The position numbers were made by a program, and so were the translations under genes. Below are positions 1 to 8,409 of a DNA stretch of 64,000 nt, one piece after another. Origin of the DNA: Candidatus Latescibacterota bacterium (GTDB lineage Bacteria; Latescibacterota; UBA2968). The notes beneath the pieces were generated by a model, which saw nothing but the letters and a program-made list of their open reading frames with translations, was not told the DNA's origin and ran no database searches. The stretch lies in assembly GCA_965208125.1 (NCBI GenBank), contig OZ242320.1, positions 3,680,001 to 3,744,000 of the forward strand, written 5' to 3'. Positions within the stretch are counted from its first letter, which is position 1. Every line of letters begins with the position of its first letter.

Positions 1-1
1 A

Positions 2-607
2 GATTCGTTAAAGAAGGCGACACAGGAGCGTATTGCCGCTCAAAAAGCAGCAGATAGTCTCGCCGTAGTGCATCAAGAGGCGCGTGAGAAGACATCGCAA
101 AGATTGCAATGGGCCATCGTCTCTGGGGGCACTGTGGTCATTCTGGTGCTTCTCGGCTGGTTCATTTTCGCGCGTAGTAAAAAGGCACAATTGCAGAGTG
201 CCGCCTCTCGTTTGAGCGAGGCAGAACAAGAGGCTGAAGTCGCGCGACAGGCCGTGGCAGAGGCACCACAGCCCGCGCCTTTCAGATGTCTATTAGAAGG
301 TCAAGATAACACAGGCCAACCCTTTGCACTGAGTATATCGGCATTAGCCCTTGGTACGTCTTCAGGTGCCACACTTGGGAGAAGCCCTGCCAATGCGGAA
401 TTTATTATTGACCACGAGGCCGTATCTCGTGAACACATCAGGCTTTTCTATACCAATGAACATCTCTATACAGAAGATCTGAACACTCTGAACGGCACTA
501 AGATCAATGGTCGCCTGCTCAATCCGCACGAATCAGTGGTATTGCAAAACAATGATCAACTCGAGTTGGGGCCTGTTGTTTTTCAAGTGCGTTTGATGCA
601 GGAGTGA
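2..607 (+). CDS. Membrane-anchored FHA-domain protein, 5'-truncated by the window edge
   Basis: Frame is open from nt 2. TM WAIVSGGTVVILVLLGWFIF, then a C-terminal FHA (LGR..., VSREH, DLNTLNGT). The C-terminal region resembles that of 611..1930. Confidence 0.85.
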   Translation, partial: DSLKKATQERIAAQKAADSLAVVHQEAREKTSQRLQWAIVSGGTVVILVLLGWFIFARSKKAQLQSAASRLSEAEQEAEVARQAVAEAPQPAPFRCLLEGQDNTGQPFALSISALALGTSSGATLGRSPANAEFIIDHEAVSREHIRLFYTNEHLYTEDLNTLNGTKINGRLLNPHESVVLQNNDQLELGPVVFQVRLMQE

Positions 608-610
608 AAA

Positions 611-1930
611 TTGCAATCGATATGCAACTATTGGCGTCTTGTCGGTCTTGTTTTCGCGTTTCTGTTTTTTTCGCGCGATGCTGTCGCCGCGCCAGACTTT
701 GATGCGCTTGAGAAGAGTGTTGTACGTATTGTAACGCAGACAAATCAGGGGATTGGTACGGGTACTGGATTTATAATTAACGATCAAGGTTATATCGTCA
801 CGAACGTACACGTTATTGCCGGTAGCAATTTGATCAAAGCAATACCGACAAATTCCAATGCACTGTACGATGTTGAAGTGATTGCCATGTCCCAGGAACT
901 CGATCTGGCAATCGTACGCGCACCAGGGATCAATCTTCCACCGATTACGCTTTCGCTCGCGCCATCGAGAAAGGGGCAAAAGGTATGGTCTATTGGTTAC
1001 CCAGGCGGAGCCGATAGGAACAGACCTGCCCACGATCCAACTGTGCAGGATGGTGTTATAGGTAGAATTTTTTCAGGTGCATGGAAGGTACAAAAATTCA
1101 GGATTATTCAACACAACGCGCCTACGAACCCCGGTAACAGCGGCGGTCCTTTATTGGACGACTGTGGAAGGGTGATCGGTGTTAATACGCAAGCGTCTCT
1201 CGTCGTGATTGCCAGCCCATCTGATGGAGTAACGCGGGTGCCACACGCGGCGGGTATTTATTGGTCTTCCCATATTGAGGAATTAGCAAAACTGTTACGT
1301 GAAAATACAATTTCTTTTCAGTCGGACGACGATGAGTGTTTGGCGGCTGATTCTACTGGGCGTTCTGCGGAGGTGGAAAGAACGCGCCGGGAGGCGGACC
1401 AAGCAAAGAGTCAAGCAGATGATGCGAGCCAGAAATTTCTTATTTGGGTGATATTATTGGGTGCTGTGGCTGTGGTCGCTCTTATACTTGCTTTGAAGAA
1501 ACCTCGGCAGCAGATCATTCACGCTGCAGACCATATCAGCCGACGCCTTAAGGCAAAAGAACCTGCTGAGGCTGTTCAAAAACGAGCATCGGAAAAACTT
1601 CCAGAATACGGTCTGATGCTGACCGGGTTTGATGGTAATGGCAATCCCATCCGCATTGCTTTACCGCCAAACAGATTCGCTGGTCAGCGTCTGGGGCTTT
1701 CATTGGGCAGGCATCCCGAGTTGGTGGATGAAATTATCCATGACCAAAATGTGTCGAGGCGGCATATGCGAATAGCGGTGCAAGCGGGTCAATTTTATAT
1801 TGAAGATTTGAACTCTCGTAACGGCACTTTTCTGAATCACCACAAATTGTCTCCGTTTAAGCCAATGCTTTTAGACTATGGTGCGATAGTGAGATTGGGT
1901 GGTTTAGAGTTCATGATTTCAAAACAGTAA
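611..1930 (+). CDS. Trypsin-like (S1) serine protease + TM + cytoplasmic FHA domain
   Basis: Signal peptide; GTGF, TNVHV (His), LDLAI (Asp), GNSGGP (Ser); TM FLIWVILLGAVAVVALILAL; FHA LGRH, VSRRH, SRNGT. TTG start is uncertain. Confidence 0.9.
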   Translation: MQSICNYWRLVGLVFAFLFFSRDAVAAPDFDALEKSVVRIVTQTNQGIGTGTGFIINDQGYIVTNVHVIAGSNLIKAIPTNSNALYDVEVIAMSQELDLAIVRAPGINLPPITLSLAPSRKGQKVWSIGYPGGADRNRPAHDPTVQDGVIGRIFSGAWKVQKFRIIQHNAPTNPGNSGGPLLDDCGRVIGVNTQASLVVIASPSDGVTRVPHAAGIYWSSHIEELAKLLRENTISFQSDDDECLAADSTGRSAEVERTRREADQAKSQADDASQKFLIWVILLGAVAVVALILALKKPRQQIIHAADHISRRLKAKEPAEAVQKRASEKLPEYGLMLTGFDGNGNPIRIALPPNRFAGQRLGLSLGRHPELVDEIIHDQNVSRRHMRIAVQAGQFYIEDLNSRNGTFLNHHKLSPFKPMLLDYGAIVRLGGLEFMISKQ

Positions 1931-1946
1931 TGAGAATGCTTTGTAA

Positions 1947-2867
1947 ATGAAAAAACGCAACCGAGAAATTAATATTTTTAGCATGTCTGCTCTCGATCTA
2001 TTCGCTTCGGCAATGGGAGCTTTCATTTTAATTACCATTGTGCTGTTTCCCTTTTTTCCGAACTTGGGCGATTCATCGGAAAACATGGAAAAAGAAAAGG
2101 CCGAACTGTTACAGGAAAAGGCTAAACTACAACAGGAAAAGGCTAAACTACAACAGGAAAAGGCTAAACTACAACAGGAAAAGGCCAGATTGGAGCAAGA
2201 AAAAGCTAAACTACAACAAGAGAGAGCTAAACTGGAACAAGAAAAAGCCAAAACCCCCCAAAAAAATACCCCACTTGAAGAACGGGTTAAAGCTCTGCAA
2301 CAGGAGATTGATGACACATCTGTTTTATTGGGTATCAGGACCAAAGCAAAGAAGTTTGTGATGGTCGTGGATATGTCTGGCAGTATTTATCAACCAGGCA
2401 GCCAGGACTATCGCCGGTTCATTACATTGTCAGTACAGAATATGCTTGCTTCTTTTCAATCGGAGATAGAATTGGTTCTTATTGGTTTTCACGCCCCAAA
2501 TCGCAGGACACGATTGCACTATTGGCCTGAAAATAGGCATTATTTTCAGGTGCGGAAGAATACGCGAAATCGCGTTATAGCTACTATAAACAACTGGATG
2601 AGTCTCGTTAATGGTGGCACACCAACCCGTGAAGCTCTGTTGGCGGCATTGGCTCTCGATCCCGAAGAGATTATCCTCTTAAGCGATGGCGCACCCTCGG
2701 AAAATTGGCGGCAGGTCGTCAATGCTATAACAGTCAGAAACAGAAAAAAAATACCGATACACGCTGTTGCTGTTGGCAACTATGTCACAAAACGAGATTT
2801 TATCGATTTTTTGGTGCAGTTGACAGAGCGGAATCGCGGGTATCTCGTAGGTGCCAAACCCGGGTGA
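1947..2867 (+). CDS. Single-TM, coiled-coil, vWA-domain protein with a MotB/ExbD-like N-terminal TM
   Basis: KKRNREINIFSMSALDLFASAMGAFILI (Asp inside the TM); QQEKAKL heptads; MIDAS DMSGS, GGT, LLSDG. Confidence 0.85.
   Translation: MKKRNREINIFSMSALDLFASAMGAFILITIVLFPFFPNLGDSSENMEKEKAELLQEKAKLQQEKAKLQQEKAKLQQEKARLEQEKAKLQQERAKLEQEKAKTPQKNTPLEERVKALQQEIDDTSVLLGIRTKAKKFVMVVDMSGSIYQPGSQDYRRFITLSVQNMLASFQSEIELVLIGFHAPNRRTRLHYWPENRHYFQVRKNTRNRVIATINNWMSLVNGGTPTREALLAALALDPEEIILLSDGAPSENWRQVVNAITVRNRKKIPIHAVAVGNYVTKRDFIDFLVQLTERNRGYLVGAKPG
2112..2249 (+). repeat. 21-nt coding tandem repeat (QEKAKLQ): 3 exact copies plus degenerate copies
   Basis: caggaaaaggctaaactacaa at 2112, 2133 and 2154, followed by variants. 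Confidence 0.95.
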
Positions 2868-2986
2868 GGAGAAGTGCGAAGTAGTAAAGTATGAGTTGGA
2901 GTTAAGGTGTTGGAAGATGTTTTAGAATCTCTGGGGGAGAGACTATGCGGATGAGACGCACGTGCACCCATTGAGAGGATTTCGGG

Positions 2987-3349
2987 ATGTCTAATTTTTT
3001 TATTTATCGAATCGGTCGCGGTTCAAATGTGGATATTCGCATTGATGATAGCACAGTTTCCCGCATTCACGCAGAGTTGGTTGTGACTGCGAAGGAGACA
3101 TATTATCTGACTGATTGCGATAGTAGCGGCGGGAGTTATGTTGCGAGAAATGGCGAGTGGGAACCTATTACGCAGGATTTTATAGCTCCGATGGATGCAA
3201 TTCTACTCGGTCGGTATCAGACGACCGTACAGCAACTCATGGCGATGATTAATCAAGGTAGCCAGGATGTAAGACGCAAGGATGATTTACCCGAAGGACC
3301 GGTGCGTCGCAATGTAGATACGGGTGAAATTATAGGAGACGAGGACTGA
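2987..3349 (+). CDS. Small stand-alone FHA protein
   Basis: IGRG, TVSRIH, DCDSSGGS; AGGA-type RBS upstream. Confidence 0.85.
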   Translation: MSNFFIYRIGRGSNVDIRIDDSTVSRIHAELVVTAKETYYLTDCDSSGGSYVARNGEWEPITQDFIAPMDAILLGRYQTTVQQLMAMINQGSQDVRRKDDLPEGPVRRNVDTGEIIGDED

Positions 3350-3350
3350 C

Positions 3351-4136
3351 ATGGCAATGGGTCAAACAGTAGAGACGAATCAACGCCTCATCGCATCAGG
3401 TTTCAGTTTAGTAATAGGTATTATTCTTATCGCGCTACTGAGTATTTTTTTTAACAGTCCCGATTCACAAGTGGGTGCTTTCTTGCTTGACCGTCACACG
3501 AAGAATTTTCCCTATCCATTTACGATCCAAAATATCATGTGGCTTATGTTTTGCATAGGCTGTGGCGAGTTGTGGGGGCGATTTAGCCAGTCCAATTTGG
3601 AGTTGAAGCAAATCTCAAAGCGGTATCTTCCAGAAGACGATTCGATTATGTTGCGGGCGCAGGATCTCGGTGCTCTCTATCAAAAGATGCGCCCAAGGGA
3701 AGGGGAACGGACTTTTTTCTTGCAACGCTTAATCACACGCTGTATTTTGCAATTTCAAGGGAGCAGATCCGTCAATCAGACCAATTCTCTGTTAAATTCT
3801 TCTCTGGAATTATTCCAGCACGAGCTTGAACTCAAATACACTATGCTGCGATATCTCGTCTGGCTGATTCCCACGATGGGCTTTATTGGCACAGTTGTGG
3901 GGATCGCCTTTGCACTGGATTATGCAGCGAGCATTGAAAATCCCCAGGATCCGACGTTGCTGGCGGAGATAACCGGACGGTTGGGTGTTGCGTTTTATAC
4001 GACCTTACTCGCCTTGATTCAATCGGCACTGTTAGTTTTTGCCCTGCATATCGCCCAAGGAAGAGAAGAGATGGCTTTGAATCAATCGGGGCAGTACTGT
4101 TTGGATAATTTAATTAACCGACTCTATGAAAAATAG
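3351..4136 (+). CDS. MotA/TolQ/ExbB proton-channel family protein
   Basis: About 4 TM segments; family motifs LIPTMGFIGTVVGI and LGVAFYTTLLAL. Confidence 0.88.
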   Translation: MAMGQTVETNQRLIASGFSLVIGIILIALLSIFFNSPDSQVGAFLLDRHTKNFPYPFTIQNIMWLMFCIGCGELWGRFSQSNLELKQISKRYLPEDDSIMLRAQDLGALYQKMRPREGERTFFLQRLITRCILQFQGSRSVNQTNSLLNSSLELFQHELELKYTMLRYLVWLIPTMGFIGTVVGIAFALDYAASIENPQDPTLLAEITGRLGVAFYTTLLALIQSALLVFALHIAQGREEMALNQSGQYCLDNLINRLYEK

Positions 4137-4148
4137 GAGGGTAGTGTT

Positions 4149-4802
4149 ATGCCTGTTTATCGGGGACCCGATGGCAAGATTATTGAAGAAAAAACCAATA
4201 AGTTAGAAGATGTAACCCAGTCGACTGACAAGGCACAAAGACCTTTGCCACCAACACCACCGGGAAGCGGTCAAGCCGCCGGTGCGGGGCGTTTGGATGC
4301 ACCCACCCAGAAGATGGATGCGAGTGGTTCTTCATCCAATGCAATTACTGAGGAAAAGACTCGGGTCGTAGGTGGTCGTCGCAGGCAAGAAGATCAGCAG
4401 CGCTTGGAAGAACGCGCCGAGAAAGCCGATGGTATGGACGATCCAGTTGTTGGGTGGTTGGTTATTGTCGAGGGGCCGGGAAAGGGGAGGGCCATGCAAT
4501 TAGGTTATGGTTCTAATTCCATTGGCCGCGGGGAGACTGACCGTGTCAATCTCAATTTCGGTGATGATCAAATTTCGCGTAGCGGACATGCTATCATGAC
4601 TTACGATCCGCGTGGCAGAAAGTTTTACGTGCAGCACGGCGGTGGTACCAATCTGACCTACGTTAACGACCAGCCCGTGCTCATTCCGATTGAGCTGCCC
4701 GCACTGAGTCATATTAGCATCGGCAATACGATTCTGCGATTTGTGCCCTTATGTGGCGACGCATTTGATTGGCAGGATACGGGAGAAAATGCGCGAGAGT
4801 AA
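4149..4802 (+). CDS. FHA protein with a disordered Thr/Pro-rich N-terminus
   Basis: PVVGWLVIVEGPGKG, NSIGRG, ISRSGH, GGTN; RBS GGAGG. Confidence 0.88.
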   Translation: MPVYRGPDGKIIEEKTNKLEDVTQSTDKAQRPLPPTPPGSGQAAGAGRLDAPTQKMDASGSSSNAITEEKTRVVGGRRRQEDQQRLEERAEKADGMDDPVVGWLVIVEGPGKGRAMQLGYGSNSIGRGETDRVNLNFGDDQISRSGHAIMTYDPRGRKFYVQHGGGTNLTYVNDQPVLIPIELPALSHISIGNTILRFVPLCGDAFDWQDTGENARE

Positions 4803-4835
4803 ACCATAAAAGAATATATAATCAAGGCAAACTCT

Positions 4836-7316
4836 ATGAACGAAGCACAACATCCGATCCATGCCTTGCCTCAAGGATACCGACTACAGGAATACGAACT
4901 GGTACGCGTGCTCGGCTTCGGCGGCTTCGGCATGACCTATCTTGGCTTTGACCACAATCTGAACAAAGCTGTAGCCATCAAAGAATACCTGCCATCAGAT
5001 ATTTCCACCCGTACAAGCAATAATAGCGTTGTCCCACAAGCGAGCCAGTTTCAAGATGATTTTGAGTGGGGATTGGAGCGCTTTTTGGATGAAGCACGCA
5101 CCTTGGCTCGCTTTGACCATCGCAACATTATTAAAGTGTATCGTTTCTTTGAGGCACATGGCACGGCGTATATCGTGATGGAATATGCTGAGGGTGAGAC
5201 CTTGGCAGCATTTTTGGAACGCAAGGGGACGCTAACAGAAGCCGAACTCAGAGCGATACTATATCCGCTTCTGGATGGTCTGGAGGTGGTGCATCGTGCT
5301 GATTTTTTGCATCGGGACATCAAGCCTGGCAATATCATCATCCGGGATGAGGACAATTCGCCCGTGTTGCTGGACTTTGGTTCAGCGCGTCAGGCGATGG
5401 GAGCGAAGAGCCGTTCGGTTACGTCGATCATCACACCGGGATATGCGCCGATAGAGCAGTATTCGAGTCGAGGTGATCAGGGTCCTTGGACGGATATCTA
5501 TGCATTAGGTGGTGTATGCTATCGTACATTGACTGGTGAAGTGCCAGATGATGCGACGGATCGTGTTCGGGATGATCCACTTATTTCAGTAGTTGAGCTT
5601 TGTGCGGGTCAAGCGAGTTCTGGATTTTTATCTGCGATAGATTGGGCGTTGGTGGTGGATGAGGGTGATCGTCCGCAAAGTATAGGTGTATGGCGTACTG
5701 CGTTGGGGGAAGAAATACCAAGGAATGTGAGTGCTCAGCCGTCAATCACGGCGTCTGTGCCTGCCCCTCCATTGGAAGAAGAGAAGCGTGAGATAGTTGA
5801 TAGCATAGCTGGGAGGCAGCCTGATGCATTTCCATCGGAAAGAGAAAGGGGGACAAGAGGCAAGGTACTTGCTGTGATCATAAGCGTGGTTGTTGTCCTG
5901 ATTGTAGGCATAATTTATATTGATCAAGCTGAGAAGCAGCGTCAGGAGTTAGTAGCAGAACAAGCAAGACTGAAAAAAGAAAAAGCAAGATTGGCAGCAG
6001 AAAGAGCGCGAATAGCGGCAGAGCAAGCTGAGAAGCAGCGTCAAGAGCAAGCAGCATTGGAGAAGCAGCGTCAAGAGCAAGCAGCATTGGAGAAGCAGCG
6101 TCAAGAGCAAGCAGCATTGGAGAAGCAGCGTCAAGAGCAAGCAGCATTGGAGAAGCAGCGTCAAGAGCAGGCGAAAACAAAAGAAGAACTACAGGAACCA
6201 GTGTTGCACGGTGATGTGCGTCGAGGATTTTTAGGTGTACAGATTAGTGACTTAGATCCGGTGCGAGCTAAGGCTTTAGGGGCGTCCAATATCCAAGGCG
6301 TGGTAATTGAGCAGGTAATACCGGGAAAAGCTGCGGACAGAGCAGGTGTCAAGACCAATGATATTGCGATTGCAGTTGATGGTCACTCGGTGAGCGACGT
6401 AACCGAGTTGACTAGTCGGATCGGGCGTGTGCGTCCTGGTACAGAAGTCGAACTGTCAATATTGCGCAATGGTAGGAAGATGCGCATTAAGGTTGTTTTA
6501 GATGCATTGTCCGAGACAGTAGTGACTGCACATAGCCCGCTAAACAACCTGAACAATATTCAGCCTGGCCGACGTTTTAAGGACTGTTCCGTGTGTCCTG
6601 AGATGATCGTCGTTCCATCTGGTTCATTTACTATGGGGTCACCGTCCTCTGAAGTCGGACGTAAGGATACTGAAAGTCCGCAACGTCAGGTGCGTTTCAC
6701 TAGGCCATTTGCCGTGGGAGTCTATGAAGTGACATTTGAGGAATGGGATGCCTGTGTGAATGCGGGAGGATGTAACAACTCTTATCCTATTGATCAGAAT
6801 TGGGGGCGAGGCAACCGGCCCGTGATCAATGTGAGTTGGAACGATGCACAGGCTTATATACGGTGGTTATCTGAACGGACGGGCAAGCATTATCGATTAT
6901 TGAGCGAATCGGAATGGGAATATGTGGCGCGTGCAGGAACGACGACCCCATTTCATTTTGGAGCAACTATATCTACGGATCAAGCGAATTACAATGGCAA
7001 TTATACATACAACACTGGTCACAAAGGCCTATTTAGAAAAAAGACCTTACCGGTGGGAACGCTTTCACCGAACCAATTTGGTTTGTACGACATGCATGGC
7101 AATGTAATAGAGTGGACTCAGGACTGTTGGAACGACAGTTATAATCGAATATCGAGTAATGGGGCAACTCGTGAGTATGGGAACTGTGGTTTTCGCGTGA
7201 TTCGCGGTGGTTCGTGGTACAACGAACCACGGTATCTCCGCTCAGCAAATCGTGGTCGGGGTACGCGTGAGATTCGGAATGCCTATATCGGATTTCGTGT
7301 CGCCCGTACGTTCTGA
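4836..7316 (+). CDS. Ser/Thr kinase 1: kinase-TM-coiled coil-PDZ-FGE-sulfatase (SUMF1-like)
   Basis: GFGGFG, VAIKE, HRDIKPGN, DFG, YAPIE; TM; HtrA-type PDZ (RGFLGVQI...); FGE motifs FTMGS, RLLSESEWEY, GLYDMHGNVIEW, RGGSW, GFRV. Confidence 0.93.
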   Translation: MNEAQHPIHALPQGYRLQEYELVRVLGFGGFGMTYLGFDHNLNKAVAIKEYLPSDISTRTSNNSVVPQASQFQDDFEWGLERFLDEARTLARFDHRNIIKVYRFFEAHGTAYIVMEYAEGETLAAFLERKGTLTEAELRAILYPLLDGLEVVHRADFLHRDIKPGNIIIRDEDNSPVLLDFGSARQAMGAKSRSVTSIITPGYAPIEQYSSRGDQGPWTDIYALGGVCYRTLTGEVPDDATDRVRDDPLISVVELCAGQASSGFLSAIDWALVVDEGDRPQSIGVWRTALGEEIPRNVSAQPSITASVPAPPLEEEKREIVDSIAGRQPDAFPSERERGTRGKVLAVIISVVVVLIVGIIYIDQAEKQRQELVAEQARLKKEKARLAAERARIAAEQAEKQRQEQAALEKQRQEQAALEKQRQEQAALEKQRQEQAALEKQRQEQAKTKEELQEPVLHGDVRRGFLGVQISDLDPVRAKALGASNIQGVVIEQVIPGKAADRAGVKTNDIAIAVDGHSVSDVTELTSRIGRVRPGTEVELSILRNGRKMRIKVVLDALSETVVTAHSPLNNLNNIQPGRRFKDCSVCPEMIVVPSGSFTMGSPSSEVGRKDTESPQRQVRFTRPFAVGVYEVTFEEWDACVNAGGCNNSYPIDQNWGRGNRPVINVSWNDAQAYIRWLSERTGKHYRLLSESEWEYVARAGTTTPFHFGATISTDQANYNGNYTYNTGHKGLFRKKTLPVGTLSPNQFGLYDMHGNVIEWTQDCWNDSYNRISSNGATREYGNCGFRVIRGGSWYNEPRYLRSANRGRGTREIRNAYIGFRVARTF
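6030..6169 (+). repeat. 30-nt perfect coding tandem repeat (EKQRQEQAAL), about 4.6 copies
   Basis: agaagcagcgtcaagagcaagcagcattgg repeated exactly from 6031. Confidence 0.97.
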
Positions 7317-7363
7317 GTCTTACATTTTTAATTTATAATCACTCACAGGTCTTTTAGTTGGCG

Positions 7364-7393
7364 TTGATATACGTTCCGATTCGGTTCTATACT
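7364..7393 (+). promoter_or_regulatory. Putative sigma70 promoter of the orphan gene
   Basis: TTGATA-18 nt-TATACT; TAAGGAGG RBS before ATG 7439. Confidence 0.45.
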
Positions 7394-7438
7394 GATGTCC
7401 ACTATGAATAATCATCCATTTTTTAAGGAGGAATAGCA

Positions 7439-8002
7439 ATGAAATGGCACTATGTATGGCACTTGATGACTGTTTTCATTTTGAGTTCTCCTGCCATGTG
7501 TATTGACTCATCTGATCTCACAATTGGCGACCGTATTCGGGTTACTTTCGCAAATGGAACTATCATCACAGGTTCTATGATCTCAATGGAGGTAGATGGC
7601 TTGAAAATGAAACAAGATGGGCAGAGCCATTTTCAGAGGATGGTGACTTTTAGCGATGTCGAGCGGATAGACCACAGTATTGGTGTCAATAAGCCTCTAT
7701 TCACACCTACTATTATTTGCGGTCTGATAGGTTCAGGTATCTATACACTTTCAAAATATAAACAGGTTGAAGGACAGGAAGGGGTTCCAACAGAAGATAA
7801 GAAGTATGAATTCAGGGATTGGGATAACAAACAGGCGGCTTACTTTACGCTCGGTGGCATAACAACGGGATTTTTAATAGGCCTGATGCTCCCAGGCAAA
7901 GAGAATTGGGAGAAAGTTGAGTTAATGCAATTTGGTTTAGATATTGACATGAATTTAGGACATAGTGGAATAGCGATGCTTGAGTTGAAAATTAAATTTT
8001 AA
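7439..8002 (+). CDS. Hypothetical exported/membrane protein
   Basis: Strong RBS, signal-peptide-like N-terminus, two Gly-rich hydrophobic segments; no family recognised. Confidence 0.75.
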   Translation: MKWHYVWHLMTVFILSSPAMCIDSSDLTIGDRIRVTFANGTIITGSMISMEVDGLKMKQDGQSHFQRMVTFSDVERIDHSIGVNKPLFTPTIICGLIGSGIYTLSKYKQVEGQEGVPTEDKKYEFRDWDNKQAAYFTLGGITTGFLIGLMLPGKENWEKVELMQFGLDIDMNLGHSGIAMLELKIKF

Positions 8003-8249
8003 ATATTGATATCCAGGCAGGCAGAACTCGAAGCACAGTCATTTCTTGCTCTATTAGGTAATCTCTGGAAAAGATGAACAGCGTCATCAACTTATAGTGC
8101 CTGCTTTGACATATTTGTGCAGTAGCCACTGTGGTAGCCCTAAGGACGCCAATGTTGTCTGGGGTAGGGGTCATTCAAAAAAAAACGATTTGATCCTTAC
8201 CCCAAACTGTCAATCCCTTTGATAAACTCAGAGCACAGCATTTTTTATC

Positions 8250-8281
8250 GAGCGTATAGGTCTTCTCAATGCGCTTTTTTT
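8250..8281 (+). terminator. Possible intrinsic terminator
   Basis: GAGCGTAT...ATGCGCTT stem followed by a T run. Confidence 0.4.
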
Positions 8282-8294
8282 ATTTTCTATATCT

Positions 8295-8382
8295 GGTCGG
8301 TTACTTGTATGATGTAGCTGGTAGCGATGCTCTTGAAGCGGTAAAAGTATTGCATCGTTAAGGTGGTTTGAAGGTGAGATAA
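8295..8382 (+). pseudogene. Relic of an ankyrin gene 3' end
   Basis: Reads LYDVAGSDALEAVKVLHR*GG, matching the tails of the ankyrin kinases (LHNAVEKNNYETVEVLRRYGG). Confidence 0.6.
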
Positions 8383-8409
8383 GCTAATTTTTAAATAATC
8401 GGAAATGCT

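Noticed and set aside
1947-4136. Zorya (ZorAB) or TerY-P defence system
   Set aside because: No long ZorA tail, no OmpA-domain ZorB, no ZorC/D/E. The vWA protein is membrane-anchored, unlike soluble TerY. Only analogies.
6030-6169. 30-nt repeats as a CRISPR array
   Set aside because: No spacers; in-frame coding repeats; no cas genes.
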